Below, in pieces: positions 35,733-46,109 of a stretch of DNA of 64,000 nucleotides. Every line of letters starts with the position of its first letter. The first letter of the stretch is position 1. The translations under genes were made by a program, and so were the position numbers. This DNA comes from an uncultured Acidobacteriota bacterium (GTDB lineage: Bacteria > Acidobacteriota > JAQAZP01): positions 672,001 through 736,000 of the forward strand of contig CAWIIB010000009.1 in NCBI GenBank assembly GCA_963836075.1. The letters run 5' to 3'. The notes under the pieces were generated by a model. It saw only the letters and a program-made list of their open reading frames with translations. It did no database searches and was not told the origin of the DNA.

Positions 35733-38310
35733 GGGATTCCTCGTTGCAAATTACCGTTGCCGAAGCGGCGGCGGTGAAATTCGACTATCACACACCTGGC
35801 CCGCCGACAGGCCCACCCTGGAGAGCGAGGAACAATACGTCGTCTCCTGCAGCGCTGCGATCGTCCTTGTTCTCGAACCGTCGACCCCGACCGCCGTCAT
35901 CGATCCCGTTTGGCCCGACCGCGTACAGCAGCGGTGCACCGTCAACGATCCGGTATATGAAATCGTGGCCGAAATAATTCCGATAGAGTGGCTCCAGCTC
36001 GAATGCGGCCAGCGCCTCGTCAATGTTCTCCGGCCACCCTCCGTTTGCATGTCGGAACACGCTGATCGCGGCCGCGACCAGCGTGGCATCCCGATTCATC
36101 CGGGCTTCACGTCGAAGTTCGATCGCACGCGTGAAGTCTGGAATCAGAGGGTTGAGCGCCGGGTGGTCCTTGAACTGCTGCTCCAGCCGGGTGTGTTCGG
36201 CCCTGATCTCGCGAAAGCTGGCGTCCTGTTGGATGTGAAGCCGATCGCATAGCCCCTTTATGACGGAGAGCGCCCGCTCGAAATCCAGCGCTTCGGCATC
36301 CGCAATCATGGCCGGTGACGGATCGGCATACGGGTTCTCTTCTACCCCCCACTCATCCGCCAGACCGCGGAGACGAGCAAGATCGAGCCGGGCAGGTGCC
36401 CGTGCGTTGGTCTTCACGAACGCTTCATTCAGCATCTGTCGCAACGTGCGCACTTCAATGATGGAAGTGTACTCGAAGTCAGGAAGGGGTGGAGCCTGCA
36501 GTAAAAATGCCGAGTAAGCAGGCGGAAGTGGTCCGTTCGCGACCGCGTCGGTCACCATCCAGCGGTACGCGTTGTGGATGACGTTTCGGCACGAGATCTC
36601 AACCAGGGCGTTGATCAGGGTGGCGCCATCACCGATATAGCGCGAGATGCGCAAAGCGGCGTTCAGGTCCACGATCGCCAAATCACAGCTGTCTTCATCA
36701 TGGTGAACAAGCGCGCTCGCGCAGAGCACCTCCGCCCCGAACCGGGCTTCCTGGAGGGCCGGCAGGAGAAATCTGACCAGCAGGTCACCACCGGATGAAG
36801 CCCCGAAGTAGAAGCGATGCTGGCTGGTGGACTCGACGAGGCGGCTTACACCTTCCCGATTCGCATGGACCCAGGCCACCGCGACGGGATCCCTGGGCTG
36901 GTCGGGATGTCTCGCGCATGACAGTACAGCTTCCCGCGTCAGAGTATCGAGTGCCGCGACATCAGTGACGGAACCGCCATCCGGGGCCGTCGGGAACAGT
37001 CCGGTAATCCATTCGGTCGCCTCGAGATATGTCGTTTCCGGAGAGTCCTGGGGATATTGCCGGCGGACTTCTGCCGGCAGCAGCGCCGCGAGATCCTGTG
37101 CGCGTCGCAACTGGGGAATGACAGCCTGGTACTCTTCAAAATTCCTGACAACTTCGGCGCGTGCCGCCTCCAAACGAAATTTTGCGTTGGCCCCTTCCGC
37201 TTCGGCGCGACGCCACATCGTCAGCGAAGTGACCAGACCGATCAGGATTACAGCGATAAACCCGGCAATGGTACCCACCGCGGCCCGGTGACGTCCGACG
37301 AACTTCCGCGCCCGGTAGATTGTGCTGGGCGGGCTGGCCAGCACCGGCTCCCCGTTGAGATACCGCCGGATGTCGAACATGAAGCCGTTGGCCGTTTCGT
37401 AGCGCCGGGTGCGGTCCTTCTCCAGGGCCTTCATCACGATGCAGTCCAGGTCGCCCTTGAGATGCCGGCGCAGCCCCTCCCGATCGGTTTGCTGGTGCTC
37501 GGCGGTGCTGGTGGCATCCCGGCCCAGGGTCTGGATGCGGGTGGATGGTTTGTGCGGGCTTTCCTCCCGGATCAGTTTCTGGATGTCCGCATGGGACAGG
37601 CTCTTCAGCCGCTGGACATCGAAGGGCGTGGTCCCGGTGAGCAGTTCGTAGAGCAGAACGCCGAGGGAATAGATGTCGGTGCGTGCATCCACGTCCAGAC
37701 CCGACATCTCTGCCTGCTCCGGGCTCATGTAGACCGGCGTGCCCATGAACTGGTGATACTCGGTGAACAGGGTCTTCTCGGTCAGCCGCTGGTGCAGCGC
37801 CTTGGCGATGCCGAAATCGATGACCTTGGGCACCGGCACCCCGTCGTGCAGGGTGACCAGCACGTTGGACGGCTTGAGGTCGCGGTGGATGATCCCCTTG
37901 TGATGGGCATGCTGAATGGACTGGCAGATCCTGGTGAAGAGCTCCAGACGGTCAGTGGTGGAGAGTTTGTTCTTTTCACAGTAATTGGTGACCGGGACAC
38001 CCCGGACCAGTTCCATGACGAAGTACGGCCGGCCGGTCTCCGTGGCACCGGCATCCAGCACCCGGGCGATGTTGGGGTGGTCCATCAGGGCCAGCGCCTG
38101 GCGCTCGGCCTCGAAGCGGGCGATCACCTGCTTGGTGTCCATGCCCAGCTTGATGATCTTCAACGCCACCTTGCGGCGCACCGGCTCCTGCTGCTCCGCC
38201 ATATACACCGTGCCGAACCCGCCCTCGCCGATGAGCTGCAGGATCTTGTAGCGGCCGATCCGGTCCCCCGGTCTGTCGGTGGTGGAAGAACAGTCCACGG
38301 TGGGCGATGC
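34630..38310. repeat. Direct duplication (~1 kb) of kinase-domain DNA, copies at ~34630-35670 and ~37275-38310, offset 2644 bp
   Basis: Long stretches are identical by eye; shadow ORFs 34765/37409 and 35138/37782 are nearly identical. Confidence 0.92.
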
Positions 38311-38370
38311 ATCGGGAATTGACGGTCGATCCCTGTCTTCAGTGGAGCAGTGGTCGTCGAAATCGTTCAT
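35788..38370 (-). CDS. Ser/Thr protein kinase - TM - helical extracytoplasmic domain with GspG-like tail
   Basis: Same kinase motifs; TM '[18 protein letters not shown]'; tail 'GWPENI...[14 protein letters not shown]'. Confidence 0.9.
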   Translation of the reverse strand: MNDFDDHCSTEDRDRPSIPDASPTVDCSSTTDRPGDRIGRYKILQLIGEGGFGTVYMAEQQEPVRRKVALKIIKLGMDTKQVIARFEAERQALALMDHPNIARVLDAGATETGRPYFVMELVRGVPVTNYCEKNKLSTTDRLELFTRICQSIQHAHHKGIIHRDLKPSNVLVTLHDGVPVPKVIDFGIAKALHQRLTEKTLFTEYHQFMGTPVYMSPEQAEMSGLDVDARTDIYSLGVLLYELLTGTTPFDVQRLKSLSHADIQKLIREESPHKPSTRIQTLGRDATSTAEHQQTDREGLRRHLKGDLDCIVMKALEKDRTRRYETANGFMFDIRRYLNGEPVLASPPSTIYRARKFVGRHRAAVGTIAGFIAVILIGLVTSLTMWRRAEAEGANAKFRLEAARAEVVRNFEEYQAVIPQLRRAQDLAALLPAEVRRQYPQDSPETTYLEATEWITGLFPTAPDGGSVTDVAALDTLTREAVLSCARHPDQPRDPVAVAWVHANREGVSRLVESTSQHRFYFGASSGGDLLVRFLLPALQEARFGAEVLCASALVHHDEDSCDLAIVDLNAALRISRYIGDGATLINALVEISCRNVIHNAYRWMVTDAVANGPLPPAYSAFLLQAPPLPDFEYTSIIEVRTLRQMLNEAFVKTNARAPARLDLARLRGLADEWGVEENPYADPSPAMIADAEALDFERALSVIKGLCDRLHIQQDASFREIRAEHTRLEQQFKDHPALNPLIPDFTRAIELRREARMNRDATLVAAAISVFRHANGGWPENIDEALAAFELEPLYRNYFGHDFIYRIVDGAPLLYAVGPNGIDDGGRGRRFENKDDRSAAGDDVLFLALQGGPVGGPGV

Positions 38371-38546
38371 GGGAAACCTCGATACCGACTAGCGTACCCG
38401 AAGCGGCGCACGGATAGAGAAGTTCGGGAAAGGGCAAGGAAAGAAAAAACGTCAGGTTTGCTTGAAGAAGCTCAACAAATAACAACGGGCAAAACCCGGC
38501 CTTTCCTCATCCGGAAAGGGCAGGGCCGCCCGCAGATCCGACATTC

Positions 38547-40175
38547 TCAGTCTTTCTTCCGCCGGAGCAGCATCATGGTGACGTCATCGTCGAAGCTGTC
38601 CCCGCCGTGGAACCCGCACAGCTCGTCCATCACCGCCCCGGTCATCTCGTTGAGCGGCCGGCCGCATTCGCGGGTCAGGATCTCCGAGAGCCTTTCCTTT
38701 TCGAAAGCCTCCTCCTCCGGGTTCTCGGCCTCGGTGACCCCGTCGGTGTACAGGGCCAGCAGTTCACCCGGCTGAAGGGTCAACTCCCCCTGGGTGAAAC
38801 GGGCTGTCTCGAACATGCCGGCGGCCATGCCTGTGGAGTCGATGGAATCCACCCGGCCGCTCCGGCACAGGTGCAGCGGTGGATTGTGGCCGGCGTTCAC
38901 ATACGAGACCCGGCCATCGGCCGGATCGAGAATGCCGAAAAAGAGGGTCACGAAATGCACCGAATCGGTTGAACGCCAGAGATCGCGATTGAGGCGGGTG
39001 ATCAACCGCTCTGGCGACCAGAGCTCTTCGGCCAGCAGACGGACAATGGGCATGATGTGCGAGACCAGCAGGGCGGCGCCCAGGCCCTTGCCGGTGACGT
39101 CCCCGAAGAGGAAGGCCAGCCGGCCGTCGGGCAGCAGCTGCGAATCGTAGAGGTCGCCGCCCACGGTGAAACAGGGCTTCCAGAAGGCGTGCAGGTCATA
39201 CCCCTCCACCTGGGTCACCGTCTCCGGCAGGATCTGGTCGAGGATCTCCCGCGCCGCCGCCACATCCCGCTGCAGCCGGCGCTGTTCCTCTTCCAGGGCC
39301 GTCACCCGGGCCTGAGTGATCTTTACCGCGGAGAGGTTGGCCAGGATGCCGAACGTCCGCAGGTCATCTTCGGTGTATGAGACCCTCATGTCCGCCGTGT
39401 CGGCGTAGAGAAACCCGATGACGTTTTCGTTGTCGAAGAGCGGGGCGGCCATGGCCGAATGGAGGCCCTGGGCAATGATGCTTTCCTGGGCGTTGAACCT
39501 CGAGTCGAGCAGCGCATTGGCGGTCACGAATGCCGCCTTATCCTTCATCACCTTGTCCACCATGGTGCGGCTCAGCATCATCCGGTTCCGGTTCTCTCGG
39601 CCCTGAAACTTCTGGGCCTTCACCGTCAGGTCCTCGTCGTCCTCGGAGAGGAGCAGCAGCGCGCGACCGGGATTGAAGGTCTTGACCACCAGGTCCAGGA
39701 TCACCTCGAACAGCTCGTCCAGCGGCATGCAGACCGCCAGGAGTTCCCCGGCATCCACCAGGACCTGGAACCGGTCGGGCTGATCGTCCCGCCGGGGGCC
39801 TTGTGGATTGCGAATCTCCTCCCAGGAGAGCCCGGTGCGGGCCAGAGCGTCGTCTTCCGGCGCGTAGTACTCGTTGATCGAGATCTCACGGTCCGACAAC
39901 CGCAGGGTGACATCGGCCATGGTCAGCCGGTCACCGTTGACCATGGAGGTCGGCTGCTCGATGCGGACGCCGTTGACGCTGGTACCGTTGTGCGAGCCGA
40001 GATCGGTCACCACCACGGATTCGCCGCTGACCACCAGTTCCAGGTGCCGCCGGGACACGCCGGGGTGGTCGACACAGAACTGGCAGTCGAGGGAGCGTCC
40101 CAGGATGTGCCGGCCTTCGGTCAGGGGAAACCGGATCGCCCGCTGGTCCAGATGTCCGTTGAGGAAGAAAGGCAT
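38547..40175 (-). CDS. FHA-GAF-SpoIIE (PP2C/RsbU-like) phosphatase
   Basis: FHA LGRS..VSRRH..DLGSHNGT; GAF; VGGDLYD, GDVTGKG, NAGHNPP, YTDGVTEA, DDVT. Confidence 0.93.
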   Translation of the reverse strand: MPFFLNGHLDQRAIRFPLTEGRHILGRSLDCQFCVDHPGVSRRHLELVVSGESVVVTDLGSHNGTSVNGVRIEQPTSMVNGDRLTMADVTLRLSDREISINEYYAPEDDALARTGLSWEEIRNPQGPRRDDQPDRFQVLVDAGELLAVCMPLDELFEVILDLVVKTFNPGRALLLLSEDDEDLTVKAQKFQGRENRNRMMLSRTMVDKVMKDKAAFVTANALLDSRFNAQESIIAQGLHSAMAAPLFDNENVIGFLYADTADMRVSYTEDDLRTFGILANLSAVKITQARVTALEEEQRRLQRDVAAAREILDQILPETVTQVEGYDLHAFWKPCFTVGGDLYDSQLLPDGRLAFLFGDVTGKGLGAALLVSHIMPIVRLLAEELWSPERLITRLNRDLWRSTDSVHFVTLFFGILDPADGRVSYVNAGHNPPLHLCRSGRVDSIDSTGMAAGMFETARFTQGELTLQPGELLALYTDGVTEAENPEEEAFEKERLSEILTRECGRPLNEMTGAVMDELCGFHGGDSFDDDVTMMLLRRKKD

Positions 40176-40182
40176 TGGTTGA

Positions 40183-40527
40183 TCAGTCCCCACTCAACTG
40201 CTGCAGGGCATCTTCCACTGTGGGAGAGACCTTCATCACGCGCATCAGGCCGACCATGATGATCGGTCTCTCTGTCTTTTCCGAAAGGCCTGAAAACCTC
40301 AGAGCCGCACCGGCGTTTTCTGTGGAACTGACGATGGAGGCCAGGATTCCGACCCCGGCACTGTCCAGCTTGTCGACAGCACTGAGATCGACGATCACTT
40401 TTTCGGTCCCTTCGGTGATACTGTTCCGAACATCATCGAGAAACGAGTAACAGTCCGGATGTCCGCGGAGATTGCCGGCCACCTCATAAATACGGACGCC
40501 CTGTTGTTCATGACAGTTGACCTTCAT
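40183..40527 (-). CDS. STAS anti-sigma-factor antagonist
   Basis: VIVDLSAVDKLDSAGVGIL with the phosphorylatable Ser; GGAGG RBS. Confidence 0.9.
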   Translation of the reverse strand: MKVNCHEQQGVRIYEVAGNLRGHPDCYSFLDDVRNSITEGTEKVIVDLSAVDKLDSAGVGILASIVSSTENAGAALRFSGLSEKTERPIIMVGLMRVMKVSPTVEDALQQLSGD

Positions 40528-40686
40528 CGGGATCTCCTCCGGTTGGATAAACATCGATTGCCGGATCAGATGGCAGCTGCATCCAGCCTTTCCTGTTAAA
40601 AGTTATCCCAGGGTAATATTCAATTTTTGCACAGGAAGCGGATACCACACAACCGGAGGGCCGCATTGGTGGACTCGCGGCCCACC

Positions 40687-41514
40687 CTACCCGGCAGAGC
40701 TTTCCGGCAATGCGGCAACGAACTCAAGCCACAACGAGTCAAGGCTAATCCCGTACTGCTCCTCCAGTGACATGCCGAAGTCCCGGCCGTCATACAGGGC
40801 GAGCAGGTGGCGGTTCAGCGCCTCGGGGTCCCTCTCCTGCAGGAAGTCGAGAAAGAGGCGGGACTGGCTGTGCAGCAGGGGCCAGGAGACCCCGTACTGC
40901 GCAGCATCCTTGAGCAGGAAATAGCCTTCCGTATCCGGATGGAAGTGCCGGCCCGAAGCCAGCGCCTGCATCGCCTCCTCCCTGGAAATGCGGTCGAAAC
41001 CCATGCCGGCGGCCTTGTTGGCCAGCCCCTCGCAGAACCAGGAGGGGAGGTTCCGCCTGCCGCCGTACCGGCCGGCCTGCTGCTTGAGGTGCAGGTGGGA
41101 CAGTTCGTGGGTCAATGTCTGAAGGTGGGTATCCATGCCGTAAAAATCAAAGGCCTTCGGCGAGACCCAGACGTCCCAGGGGAAAGCGATCCCCCGCACC
41201 GGCGCCCGGGGATCCTGGCTGATGTGCCCCATGAAGCTCTCGTGGGACGCCGGCACGTAGACCCGAAACCCCGGCTGGAAGGGGTGCGGCTGCAGGGCCT
41301 CCACCCGGCGGATGGCCTCGGGCAGGACCTCGGCCAGGCGCTCAGCCAGCCCCTCCGCTCCCGGTTCATACCAGAAGCGGGGGTCGCTCTCCAACTGCTC
41401 GAACCCGGAGACCAGACGCAGCGCGGCTCTTGCCTTGGAGGAGAGGAGCAGCAGCAGGGGTGATAAGAGGACGATCAGCAGGATGACCAACAACAACCGT
41501 CGCCTGGTGCTCAT
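40687..41514 (-). CDS. Peptidase MA-like zinc metallohydrolase
   Basis: LTHELSH (HExxH) plus LPSWFCEGLA; N-terminal TM. Confidence 0.8.
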   Translation of the reverse strand: MSTRRRLLLVILLIVLLSPLLLLLSSKARAALRLVSGFEQLESDPRFWYEPGAEGLAERLAEVLPEAIRRVEALQPHPFQPGFRVYVPASHESFMGHISQDPRAPVRGIAFPWDVWVSPKAFDFYGMDTHLQTLTHELSHLHLKQQAGRYGGRRNLPSWFCEGLANKAAGMGFDRISREEAMQALASGRHFHPDTEGYFLLKDAAQYGVSWPLLHSQSRLFLDFLQERDPEALNRHLLALYDGRDFGMSLEEQYGISLDSLWLEFVAALPESSAG

Positions 41515-41537
41515 CCGCCGGCTTCCTCCCTGGTTTC

Positions 41538-42020
41538 TCAATGGTGCCTGTTTTCCCTGTGATACGACAGTCTATCCGCAATGATACCGGCGAGGTCATC
41601 AGAATCGAATTCCAGCCCCCGGGCATCGATGACCACCCCATCCGTGCCGATCTGGCTTATCGGCTTGTAGAGGATGGAGACCAGGCTTTCTTCCAGGCCC
41701 AGTTGGGAGGCGGCGCTCACGTTGAGGAAGATCCGCTGGCCGTGATGCTGGGACACGCTCTCGATCTGCCCCCAGGGGATGGTGGCGCTCCCCAGCCGGA
41801 GGTCGCAGATCCCCTGATCATCGATGGTGAGAACCGTTCCGCTGTGGAAAAGTGCCTTGATGACATGGATGTTGTTGAACAACAGCAGGACACCATAGAA
41901 GGTCCAGGCCCAACGCCCCCGGGAAGGCGACGAGAAAATCATCAGCGAAACCACCAGCCCGAAAGCCAGGCCCCACAGCGCCTTCCTCTTCGAGTAGCGG
42001 ATCTGAATCGGATCGAACAT
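41538..42020 (-). CDS. Small membrane protein (2 TM plus PH-like, STM3941-like)
   Basis: MFDPIQIRYSKRK, 2 TMs, LTIDDQGI...IPWGQI. Confidence 0.6.
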   Translation of the reverse strand: MFDPIQIRYSKRKALWGLAFGLVVSLMIFSSPSRGRWAWTFYGVLLLFNNIHVIKALFHSGTVLTIDDQGICDLRLGSATIPWGQIESVSQHHGQRIFLNVSAASQLGLEESLVSILYKPISQIGTDGVVIDARGLEFDSDDLAGIIADRLSYHRENRHH

Positions 42021-42039
42021 CCCGCACCCCGGGGCTGAA

Positions 42040-42710
42040 TCAGTCGGATCGCACCGTGACCATCTCCAGCGGACCATACGAAACTTCGAGAAGACGAAAT
42101 TCGCCCCACCAGCCGGCACAGCCATCGCCTTCCCGGGCCGTCGGTCGCCTCGCCAAGACGGGTGACATCCATGGGCATGGCTGATTTTCCAGGAGGTGTT
42201 GTCGCTTGATGTCATCATCGAAGGAGAGCACGAAATCATAGGTGAGCCGTATGATCTCACGATATACCTGCTCGTCGGCCATGTCGGTATGGCGTGTTTC
42301 CGGAGCGGCTTCTTCGGCAGTTCGATGAATCAGCACTGGATTCTCGACTGGGACGTGAACAGTTCTTCTCCCATCTCGCCGGTCGGTCGATCTCACTCCG
42401 CTGGATACCCTCCGATTGCAGATATCGGATGGTCCCGTAGCCCACCTCGGCCATCATGCACGGACGTCTCCGGGTATCGGTCCGGGCCGGGCCGTTCGCT
42501 CCGGGAAACCCGTGCGCGACGGAAAGGGCCGGCAAGGACCCCTTCCCACGCGCCGGCTCCATCCTCGCTCGATTGGCTCGACCAGGCGCACGATCTCATC
42601 GACTCGCGCGGGTCGATGCCCAGGGCATCGTCGGGGCCTGATCGCGAGTGGACAGGCGGGGCGGCAACGATCAGGGCAGCGAAGACCAGGACCAGGGCGA
42701 GATGTTTCAT
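42040..42710 (-). pseudogene. Probable degraded secreted-protein gene with several frame changes
   Basis: Signal MKHLALVLVFAALIVAA; protein-like segments continue in different frames (ARVDEIVRLVEPIERGW; AEVGYGTIRYLQ; YREIIRLTYDFVLSF). Confidence 0.35.
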
Positions 42711-42996
42711 GGCTCTTCTCCCTCGGCTGGGACATTTTCGGCAACAAGGGGTTCCGGGGTTTCCTTCTCTTCATTGTCTACGATTGCCACCACTTCCCCG
42801 TCCAGCTTCATCAACCGGATGTCCTCGTGATTCTCCCGCCGTTCGAAGAGCCGTCAGGAAATTCGGGGCGTTGACGGTTTCCCCTGGGGACAGTATATTT
42901 TCCCAAAATGGATCAAGCAATCGCATCGAGCCCATGACCGGACTGATATTCCCTTTTTGCTATGCAACATCAAGCGTTTCATCTGGAGGCCGGACA

Positions 42997-45900
42997 ATGG
43001 ATCGTTACCTCGCCTGCGCACTGGTTATGCTGTTCATCATGTTCCAACCGGGATTCCAGGGCCCGGCAGTTGCCGACGAAACCGACCTGGAGGGCCTGGC
43101 CCGGAGTCTCACCTCCGAGGATGACGCCGTCCGTTTCGCAGCGGTGGAGGCCCTGGGACAGGTCGGCGACCCGGAGGCCGTTCACCTGTTGATCAACGCA
43201 CTCAGCATCACGACCGCCGCCTCGGCACGGGAGATGGCCGGCGGCAGGGGATCCGACTTCAAGTTTCGCCAGACCGTGGCCCAAACCCTGGGGGAGATGG
43301 GCGAAATCGCCTTCGAGCCGTTGATCGCCGCCCTCGATGACCAGAACCGGAGTATCCGCAATGGCGCGGCCATGGCCCTGGTGTATCTTGGGGATGAACG
43401 GGCCATCGAACCGCTGATCGCCGGATTGCGGCAGGGACCGGGCGCACGGGGCCCATACAATTCCGGAGCCCTGTCCGGTCTGAGGCAATTCGGCTCACGA
43501 GCGGTGGAACCGCTGATTGCCGCACTGCAGGGCGATGATCCCTCTATCCGGGCCAACGCGGCCATCGCCCTGTCCTTCGCCAACAACAGCCGGGCGGTGC
43601 CGGCGCTCATCAAAGCCTTGCAGGATGAAGACCCGATGGTGCGCAGCCAGGCCGCCCTGGCCCTGGGCACGATCCGCGAGGCGGCGGCCGTGGAACCGCT
43701 ACTGGCCCTCCTGGAGGACGAAGAACCGCTCTGTCGGTCGAACGCCTGCTCGGCCCTGGGCTGGCTCGGGGACGACCGTGCCCTCGATCCGCTGCTCGCC
43801 ATGCTCGGGAACGACGAAAGCCCCCGGGTGAGAACAAACGCCGCACAGGGGCTGGGGCGACTGGAGAACAAGCAGGTCTTCGAACCGCTGCTGCACTCGC
43901 TGAGGAATGACCCGGACTGGATGGTTCGTGGGGCCGCCGCTTCTGCCCTGGCCGAGGTGGACAAAGAGCGGGCGGTGGAACCCCTGCTGGAAGCGCTGTC
44001 CCTGAAAGACGCTCCGCCTCCCGAGGACGCGGGGGAAACCCACCAGGTAACCGAGCGCCTGCTCAACGAAGACTGTGACCCGGTGGAGAACACCCGGGTG
44101 ATCAGTCAGTGGGAGCGGGAACGGGAGAGGTATCTGCAAAGCGTGGTCTTTGCGCTCTCCAACCTGAGGGAAACCCGGGCCATCGAGCCGCTGATCGAGA
44201 TGCTGGAGGATGAAAACCCGCAGATCAGGAGGGTGTCCGCCCGCATATTGGGGAACCTGCGCGACGAAAGGGCCGTGGAGCCGCTTCTCAAGGCGGTTGA
44301 GGACGAAGATCCCCGGGTCAGCCGTTATGCCGTCGAAGCCCTGCAGCGCCTGGGCCACCCACGGGGTGGGGAAAAAATGCAATCGGTGGATGCCCCGGCC
44401 GTCTGCTCACCGCCCGATGATCGGTCACGCCGCACCTCGGCGCGAGCCCTGGCAAACCGGGCGGGCACCGAAGACGAAATCGCTGCCATGCTGGAGAGCG
44501 GGGACCCGGAAGTCCGGGCCGTGGCATTGCTGGCCCTTGGTACTCAAGGCGATCCGGCGGATATGGCTCGGGTCGCCGCCGGCCTGGAGGACGATGAGGA
44601 GCTGGTTCGTGTCTGTGCCATCGAAGCCCTGTCCTATCTCCGCGATCCAAGAATCAGGCTGCTGGCGCCGATCCTGGGAAACCGCGGTGAAGAAACCGCC
44701 ACCAGGGTCGCGGCGGCAAAGGCCCTGGGCACCATCGGCAAACAGTCGCCTTCCATGCCGCTGATGGTGGCGCTGCAGGACGAGGCAGCCGAGATCCGCA
44801 CTGCAGCAGCCTCAGGGCTGGGCGATCTGCGTGACGACGGCACCGCGCTGCCGCTGATCGAGGCCCTGAAAGACGAGGATGAGGACGTTCGCACCGCCGC
44901 GGCCCTGTCACTGGGTAAACTCGGCGACCCCCGTGCCGTGGAACCGCTGCTCAGTTACCTGGATAGTTCTGACCAGAGAACTCGCATGCAAGCCTTGATG
45001 GCCCTTGGCCAGCTCAAGGACGAGCGGGCCGTGGAGCCTTTGCTCGAGGTCCTGCGGAACGAAACTCGCGAGAATGTCTTTGGTGTGATCAATGCCCTCG
45101 GCGAGATCGGAGACCCCCGGGCCGTGGAACCGCTGCTGGCCATGCTGGACAACGGCTGGGCCCGGGAGAACGCCCTTATGGCCCTGAGCAACATCCCCGA
45201 CCCGCGGGCGATCCAGGTGGTCATCGATTCCTTCGGCGAAGAGGAGGAGAACCGGTGGAGGTGGAGCCGCGCCGGCTACCGGCTGGCACAGTTGGGTGAG
45301 CCGGCCCTGGCCCCCCTGATCAGTTCGCTCCGGAATCAGTCGCCGCTGGTCCGGGCCAATGCGGCGCAGGCCCTGGGCCAGATGAAAGACGAGCGTGTTG
45401 TTGATCCCCTGATCAAAACGCTCGCCGAGGACGAGAGTGAACAGGTCCGGGCGAAGGCGGCCTTCTCGCTGGGCTGGACCGGTGACCAGCGGGCCATGGA
45501 TCCGTTGACCGCGGCCCTGAACGATCCATCAGACCAGGTCCGCAAGAGTGCCGTGAACGGACTGGGGGCCTTGGAGAACGAACAGCTCATCGACGTGCTG
45601 GTGACCGCACTGGACGATGACTCCGCCGAGGTTCGCACCGCCGTACTGCTGCAACTGATGCAGTTTGACGACCCGAAGATCATCGACCCGCTGCTGGCCG
45701 CCCTGGCGGACAGCGACGGCACGGTTCGGCAGAAGGCGGCCCTTGCCCTCTGCTACACTGGTCAGGATGATGCCCGGATCGGCCAGGCGTTCCAGTCGGC
45801 CGTGGACAACAGGGACCTGGCCATGGTCTCCGGCGCCTACGCCTGGCTGATCGAGAAGGGACTTCCCGGGTATCTCCCCCTGCTGGAAGAGGCGCTCACG

Positions 45901-46083
45901 GCCCACTGGTACCAGGAGATGGCCCAGGACCTGCTGATGTGCGGCAACCGCCGGCTGGAGCTGGCGGTGCGGAATCGGGCCATGACACAGAATCTCCCCG
46001 GAGTCCGGTTCTCCAATGAGTATTGTGTGCTCTGTCCTCGATGGGGGCGCCGTATTTCCCCCGGCCAGTCCGACATTCCGTAA
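42997..46083 (+). CDS. Secreted HEAT/PBS-lyase repeat protein (~1030 aa)
   Basis: GGAGG RBS, signal MDRYLACALVMLFIMF; many 'VR..AA.ALG.(I/L)GD.RAVEPL..AL.D' repeats. Confidence 0.88.
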   Translation: MDRYLACALVMLFIMFQPGFQGPAVADETDLEGLARSLTSEDDAVRFAAVEALGQVGDPEAVHLLINALSITTAASAREMAGGRGSDFKFRQTVAQTLGEMGEIAFEPLIAALDDQNRSIRNGAAMALVYLGDERAIEPLIAGLRQGPGARGPYNSGALSGLRQFGSRAVEPLIAALQGDDPSIRANAAIALSFANNSRAVPALIKALQDEDPMVRSQAALALGTIREAAAVEPLLALLEDEEPLCRSNACSALGWLGDDRALDPLLAMLGNDESPRVRTNAAQGLGRLENKQVFEPLLHSLRNDPDWMVRGAAASALAEVDKERAVEPLLEALSLKDAPPPEDAGETHQVTERLLNEDCDPVENTRVISQWERERERYLQSVVFALSNLRETRAIEPLIEMLEDENPQIRRVSARILGNLRDERAVEPLLKAVEDEDPRVSRYAVEALQRLGHPRGGEKMQSVDAPAVCSPPDDRSRRTSARALANRAGTEDEIAAMLESGDPEVRAVALLALGTQGDPADMARVAAGLEDDEELVRVCAIEALSYLRDPRIRLLAPILGNRGEETATRVAAAKALGTIGKQSPSMPLMVALQDEAAEIRTAAASGLGDLRDDGTALPLIEALKDEDEDVRTAAALSLGKLGDPRAVEPLLSYLDSSDQRTRMQALMALGQLKDERAVEPLLEVLRNETRENVFGVINALGEIGDPRAVEPLLAMLDNGWARENALMALSNIPDPRAIQVVIDSFGEEEENRWRWSRAGYRLAQLGEPALAPLISSLRNQSPLVRANAAQALGQMKDERVVDPLIKTLAEDESEQVRAKAAFSLGWTGDQRAMDPLTAALNDPSDQVRKSAVNGLGALENEQLIDVLVTALDDDSAEVRTAVLLQLMQFDDPKIIDPLLAALADSDGTVRQKAALALCYTGQDDARIGQAFQSAVDNRDLAMVSGAYAWLIEKGLPGYLPLLEEALTAHWYQEMAQDLLMCGNRRLELAVRNRAMTQNLPGVRFSNEYCVLCPRWGRRISPGQSDIP

Positions 46084-46109
46084 CCGGCGGCGCAGGCCGG
46101 TTTCGTGGA

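Noticed and set aside
34630-38310. Diversity-generating retroelement TR/VR pair
   Set aside because: No reverse transcriptase, both copies are coding, and differences are not evidently adenine-specific.
42196-42996. 267-aa N-terminal extension of the HEAT protein
   Set aside because: RBS and signal peptide at 42997 indicate the real start; the extension overlaps minus-strand coding remnants.
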